This document shows positions 59,620-64,000 of a stretch of 64,000 nt of DNA, in pieces. The DNA comes from an uncultured Thermoleophilia bacterium (GTDB lineage: Bacteria > Actinomycetota > Thermoleophilia > Gaiellales > Gaiellaceae): NCBI GenBank assembly GCA_963699795.1, contig CAVOVG010000016.1, forward strand, positions 86,925 through 150,924. The letters are read 5' to 3'. The number at the start of each line of letters is the position of its first letter. Position 1 is the first letter of the stretch. The notes under the pieces were generated by a model. The model made no database searches. It was not told the origin of the DNA and was given only the letters and a program-made list of their open reading frames with translations. The position numbers were made by a program, and so were the translations under genes.

Positions 59620-59690
59620 GGGCACAGTGTAGGGACGGGGGGCGTGAACCATCCCACTCGAGCGGTGCGAGCGGGTACCCTGTGGGCGCT

Positions 59691-59764
59691 CGGGGTGTGG
59701 CGCAGCCTGGTAGCGCGCTCCGTTCGGGTCGGAGAGGTCCCCAGTTCGAATCTGGGCACCCCGA
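59691..59764 (+). tRNA. tRNA-Pro (CGG)
   Basis: Acceptor CGGGGTG/CACCCCG, anticodon arm CTCCG-ttCGGgt-CGGAG, T-loop GTTCGAAT. Confidence 0.95.
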
Positions 59765-59768
59765 TAAG

Positions 59769-59795
59769 GGTGGGGGAACCCGTGGTTCCCCCACC
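59769..59795. terminator. 12-bp hairpin after tRNA-Pro (terminator or dispersed palindromic repeat)
   Basis: GGTGGGGGAACC-cgt-GGTTCCCCCACC. Confidence 0.6.
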
Positions 59796-59941
59796 GGCCC
59801 CTCCTCCTTCGTGCGGCACGGGTTTGGCGTTGTGGGCCTCTCGCCGGACGGAGCCCGGCCTCGGCCGACGACGGTCTCGTGCCGGGAGCGCGTCGAGACC
59901 CGCTCGAAGGACGCGCTTTGTCGTGCGGGTATTCTCGCTTG

Positions 59942-60622
59942 GTGCTTCGAGCTGTCATCTTCGACGTCGACTTCACGCTCTCGCGACCCGGGCCCGAGCT
60001 CGGGCCCGATGCGTACCGCCGCGTTGGTCTCGCTCATGGCCTCGACCTGGACGCAAGCCGGTACGAGGAGGCCCGACTCGCCGCGATGGAGGATCTGCGG
60101 TCGCACCCCGAGTTCGTTCACGACGAGGAGTTGTGGATCACGTTCACCGAAGACATCGTTCGTGGCATGGGCGGCGACGCGACGGGTGCTCGCGCGTGTG
60201 CAGCCGACATGGTGATGCGCTGGGAGATCCACGAGTACTTCCACCTCTACGACGACGCGCTGCCCGTCCTCGCTTCGCTCCGAGAGCATCGACTCTCGAT
60301 CGGGCTCATCTCCAACGGACAGCGCGACCTCGAGGAGTTCGCGCTGCATCACAAACTTCAGGTCGACTGTGCGGTGGGCTCGAAAGCGCACGGTCGAACG
60401 AAGCCGCATGCCTCGATCTTCGAACGCGCGCTCTCGACGCTCGGGGTTTCGGTGACCGAAGCGGTAATGGTGGGAGACTCGGTCAAGGACGACATCGAGG
60501 GCGCTCGCGCGCTCGGGATGCGCGCGATCCTCGTCGATCGCGACGATCTCTTCCCCGCCGAGTCCGACCGGATCACCGACCTGTTCCAGTTACCGGTCGC
60601 GCTTGGCCTGAACGCCGACTAG
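59942..60622 (+). CDS. HAD-superfamily hydrolase
   Basis: FDVDFTL, ISNG, KPHASIF, MVGDS..DD.GA; TATTCT -10 six nt before the GTG. Confidence 0.88.
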   Translation: MLRAVIFDVDFTLSRPGPELGPDAYRRVGLAHGLDLDASRYEEARLAAMEDLRSHPEFVHDEELWITFTEDIVRGMGGDATGARACAADMVMRWEIHEYFHLYDDALPVLASLREHRLSIGLISNGQRDLEEFALHHKLQVDCAVGSKAHGRTKPHASIFERALSTLGVSVTEAVMVGDSVKDDIEGARALGMRAILVDRDDLFPAESDRITDLFQLPVALGLNAD

Positions 60623-60669
60623 CGTCTGCGGCGCATGTCACCGGTGATGCGTCGTATTCTGCTTCCACG

Positions 60670-61317
60670 TTGACTGAACGTTCAATCGCACAGGAGCGCC
60701 CGGGGCGCGACCGGCAGGCGGCGAGCGAGGAGAAACGGCGCCTCATCCTCGATGCTGCCGTGAGGGTCTTCGCCCGGAGCGGCTACCACACCTCGCGCGT
60801 GAGCGACATCGCGGAGGAGGCCGGGATTGCCCACGGCCTGCTCTACCACTACTTCTCCTCCAAGGAAGAGGTCTTGGCGACGGTCTTCCGGGAGAACTGG
60901 GGTGAGCTACTCGGGCGACTCGACCGGGTCGAGAGCTCTGACGAGCCCGCGGACGAGCAGTTGCGCGGGATCGCGAAGATCCTCCTGCGCTCGTGGCGCA
61001 ACGACCCGGATCTCGTGCGCGTGATGGTGCGTGAGGTTGCGCGGAGCTCGCACCTGAACGATCAGGTCGACGAGATACGCGCTGCCTTCCTCACGATTCA
61101 GAAGGTGATCGAACGGGGGCAGGTAGAAGGCGTCTTCCGTCCCGACCTCGACCCGCGGCTCGCAGGCTGGATCTTCTACGGCGGGCTCGAGGAGATCCTC
61201 ACGGGCTGGGTTCTCGGCCAGCTCCCCGACGGTGACGAGGAGGTTGCCCGTGCAGAGCGGACAATCATCGACGTCGTCTGCGGCGGTCTCACCGTCCGCG
61301 GCGGTCGCGACGCCTGA
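60670..61317 (+). CDS. TetR/AcrR family regulator (FadR-like)
   Basis: ILDAAVRVFARSGYHTSRVSDIAEEAGIAHGLLYHYFSSKEE. Confidence 0.92.
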   Translation: MTERSIAQERPGRDRQAASEEKRRLILDAAVRVFARSGYHTSRVSDIAEEAGIAHGLLYHYFSSKEEVLATVFRENWGELLGRLDRVESSDEPADEQLRGIAKILLRSWRNDPDLVRVMVREVARSSHLNDQVDEIRAAFLTIQKVIERGQVEGVFRPDLDPRLAGWIFYGGLEEILTGWVLGQLPDGDEEVARAERTIIDVVCGGLTVRGGRDA

Positions 61318-62542
61318 AGGGCCGTCGAGCGCAGGGACGATCGTCAAGCTCGGAATCGGCGCCTTCGGCCTTGCCTGGTCGCTGACGACGACGGCCGCCT
61401 ACCTGCCTCCGGTGCTCGGTGCGTACACGGACTCCACGTCGTTGATCGGCGCAGTGCTTGCGGCGGAAGGCCTGTTTGCCCTCACCCTCCCGCTCGTCAT
61501 CGGTCCCTGGAGCGACACGTTTCACACGCCGCTCGGCCGACGACGCCCGTTCATGCTGGTCGCGATCGGGCCGATCGGGTTCTGCCTCGCCCTGATGGCG
61601 TTCATGCCGAGCCTGTGGACGACGGCGTTGCTCGTCTTCGCTTTCTTCTTCGCGTATTACGTGTACGAGCCGCCCTACCGCGGGCTCTACCCCGACCTCC
61701 TGCCGGGCAGCGTGTACGGGCGTGCCCAGGGCGTTCAGCACCTCTTCCGTGGCATCGCGCTCGGCGGCGGGCTCATCCTCGGCGGGGTGCTGTTCCACCT
61801 CTGGCAGCCGGCACCGTTCCTCGTCGCGGCGGCGATCGTCTCGGGTGCGTGTCTCGTGCCGGTTCTCCTTCTCCGGGAGGATGGGGGGCACGGCCGCGTC
61901 TTCGAGGGCGTCGGCGTCTACGTTCGGCATTCCTGGCGTGTTCTTCGGCGCAACCCCGACGTCGGGCGGTTCCTGCTGGCGAACGCAGCCTGGGAAGGGA
62001 CGTTCGCCGGAGCGAGGACGTTCGTCGTTCTCTACGTCACGGTGGGGCTCGACGAATCCCTCGCGACGTCGACGCTCGTCCTCGCTGCCGTCGCGAGCGG
62101 GTACGTCGTCGCGGCTCTCGTCTCCGGGTCGATTGGCGACCGCTTCGGGCTGGCCCGGGTGATCACGTGGTGCTCGGTCGTCTATGGCCTTGCCCTGCTC
62201 GGTGGCGGCCTCGCGACGCAATGGCACGCCTGGTACCTCGGCGTGATCTTCATCGTCGCGATCTTCGCGGGGGCTGTGATGACCCTCGCCTGGGGTCTGC
62301 TCTTCAAGCTGATGCCTTCGGATGATCGCGGCGCGATCTCCGGGCTCGCGACGACGACCAAGGGGATCGGTCTCATCTTCGGCACGCTTCTCGCAGGGAT
62401 CCTGATCGACGTCCTGGCTCCCTACCTGCCGGCCACCGAGGGGTATCAGGTGCTGTGGCCTGTTCTCGCTATCCCGATCCTGCTCGCGATCCCACTCGTC
62501 TTCTCGCTGATCCGGGCCGAGGAACTCACAGCTGGCTCTTAG
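61232..62542 (+). CDS. MFS transporter (start uncertain)
   Basis: About 12 TM helices, GPWSD..GRRRPF, GSIGDRFG. Confidence 0.88.
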   Translation: MTRRLPVQSGQSSTSSAAVSPSAAVATPEGPSSAGTIVKLGIGAFGLAWSLTTTAAYLPPVLGAYTDSTSLIGAVLAAEGLFALTLPLVIGPWSDTFHTPLGRRRPFMLVAIGPIGFCLALMAFMPSLWTTALLVFAFFFAYYVYEPPYRGLYPDLLPGSVYGRAQGVQHLFRGIALGGGLILGGVLFHLWQPAPFLVAAAIVSGACLVPVLLLREDGGHGRVFEGVGVYVRHSWRVLRRNPDVGRFLLANAAWEGTFAGARTFVVLYVTVGLDESLATSTLVLAAVASGYVVAALVSGSIGDRFGLARVITWCSVVYGLALLGGGLATQWHAWYLGVIFIVAIFAGAVMTLAWGLLFKLMPSDDRGAISGLATTTKGIGLIFGTLLAGILIDVLAPYLPATEGYQVLWPVLAIPILLAIPLVFSLIRAEELTAGS

Positions 62543-62589
62543 ATTCGCCTGCTGTACTGATGAGCAGACGTCGAATCGAAGGAGATCGT

Positions 62590-63304
62590 GTGACGAACTG
62601 GAGAAAGAGGACGATCGTCATGGGTGCGGCAGCAGCTGTCCTCGCAATCAGCGCGGGCGTTGCAGTCGCTGGTGGAGCGCTCGGCTCCGACAAGGAGCAC
62701 GAGGCGTTCCTCTCGGACGCCGCCAAACGCCTGGACGTGACACCGGCGGAGCTGAAGGCGGCGCTGCAGGGCGCGCATGAGGCGCGGATCGACGCCGCCG
62801 TCGCCGCGGGCAAGCTCACGAAGGAACAGGGCGAGGCGCTGAAGCAGCGGGCCAAGGACGGCGGGTTGCCACGCTTCGGCGGAGGGCACCACGGTGGCTT
62901 CGGCGGCGGAGGTGATGGTCATCGCGGAGGCCCCGGTGGGCGACGCGGACCAGTCACTCGCTGCGGCGGCGACCTACCTCGGTCTGACGCAGGCTCAGCT
63001 TCGCGCCGAGCTCGAGGCGGGGAAGACCCTGGCGCAGATTGCGAAGGCGAAGGGCAAGTCGGTCGACGGCCTGAAGGTGGCACTCAAGGCCGGGGTCGAG
63101 AAGAAGCTCGACGCGGCTGTAAAGGCGGGTCGGCTGACACGAGCGCAGGCCGACGAGATGCTGAGCATGATGAGCGACCACCTGGACGCATTGATCAACG
63201 GGACGCTGGGGCGCGGCCACCACCGCGGTTCGGGACCGGGAGAGCCTCGTCCCGGGGCGTCGGCCCCGGCGGCATCGCTTGTCCCGGCAGCCTCGGTCGC
63301 CTAG
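62590..63304 (+). CDS. Secreted/membrane-anchored hypothetical protein with repeated helical units, frameshift near 62940
   Basis: Signal-like N-terminus; repeated AAVxAGxLTxxQ motif; Gly/His-rich linker. Confidence 0.7.
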
Positions 63305-64000
63305 ACCGTCTCCCGCGCCCGAGCGTTCCGGGGTGACGTTTCAGCTTCGCTCCGGAACGACGCCCCCAGGCGCTCGAGCGCGCGTGCGCGGTGCTCGTCC
63401 TGGAGTGCGACAACGCGTTTCGCATCTCGCGCTCGGACGGCCTCGATGATCGCGCGGTGCGCCTGGTCGGCTGCGTCGGCCTCACCCGGAAGTGCGTAGT
63501 AGAGCGCGCGATACGCCTCGGTCGAATCCCACAGGAGATCGATCAGCCGTGTCGCCGCGCTGCTCCCCGCGAGGGCGTGGAGTCGGTCGTGGAAGCGTCG
63601 GTTCGCGGAGAGTTGCCGGGCGACGTGGCCGTTCCTGGCGGCCGTTCGGCACTCGTCGGCTGCCGTTTCGAGCGCAGCCGCGTCGTCCGGTGTCGCCTTC
63701 GGGCACCCCACGCCGGAGGGAGTCGGTCTCGAGCAGCCTGCGGAGCCGGTACACCTCCTCGAGCTCGGCGAGGTCGAGCTCGGTGACCACGTAGCCTCGC
63801 CTGGGCCGGTACGTCACGAGCCCTTCGCCCGCAAGAGCTCGTAGCGCCTCGCGCAGAGGGATCAGGCTGACCTGGGCCCGCTCGGCCCAGGCCTCCTGGT
63901 TCACCCGCTGGCCTGGACGGAGCTCACCTTCGAGGATCGCCCCCCGCAACGTCGCTGCGGCACGATCCTGGGCCGTCGGAGTGCCGATCGAGCTTGCGAT
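63301..64000 (-). CDS. GntR (FCD) family regulator, frameshift near 63710, 5' end outside window
   Basis: LRGAILEGELRPG, PLREAL..EGLV, ANRRFH, HRAIIEA. Confidence 0.85.

Noticed and set aside
58936-60669. 793-aa ORF fusing upstream sequence to TetR, and other long shadow ORFs antisense to rpoBC and ribosomal genes
   Set aside because: Stop-poor frames expected at high GC; they overlap a tRNA and well-supported genes
59691-64000. Integrative element at tRNA-Pro or tRNA-Met
   Set aside because: No integrase and no duplicated tRNA 3' end seen; flanking genes look chromosomal

Overview
High-GC actinobacterial chromosome segment. The RpoC beta-prime insert, the ribosomal proteins and the gene context are most consistent with a deep-branching lineage such as Thermoleophilia/Gaiellales (inference). 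1-11.4 kb is an IclR-associated catabolic cluster: enolase-superfamily enzyme, peptide-type ABC transporter, two Zn/MDR dehydrogenases and a formaldehyde-activating-enzyme homolog, with many single-base frameshifts that look like sequencing errors. 11.4-48 kb holds tdk, tRNA-Met, rpmG-secE-nusG-rplKAJL-rpoBC, two antisense GGDEF genes and the complete str-S10-spc-alpha ribosomal superoperon. 48-64 kb holds truA, ligA, cell-wall enzymes (dacB, 3D-domain, NlpC/P60), an acyl-CoA synthetase, Ku, Nif3, tRNA-Pro, TetR, MFS and GntR. The main novelty is a family of structured intergenic elements at six gene junctions of the ribosomal superoperon (four of exactly 165 nt, two of 126 nt). Each folds into a long hairpin, with compensatory base changes between the 165-nt copies. 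Each also carries a stop-free mini-ORF running from the upstream stop codon to the downstream start codon, so translational coupling is preserved, and the downstream Shine-Dalgarno-like sequence is locked in the terminal stem. Also seen: GTAG-type REP hairpins fused to stop codons, a very long acidic N-terminal extension on S17, an enlarged RpoC insert, apparent ATC/ATA start codons and a candidate uORF attenuator.
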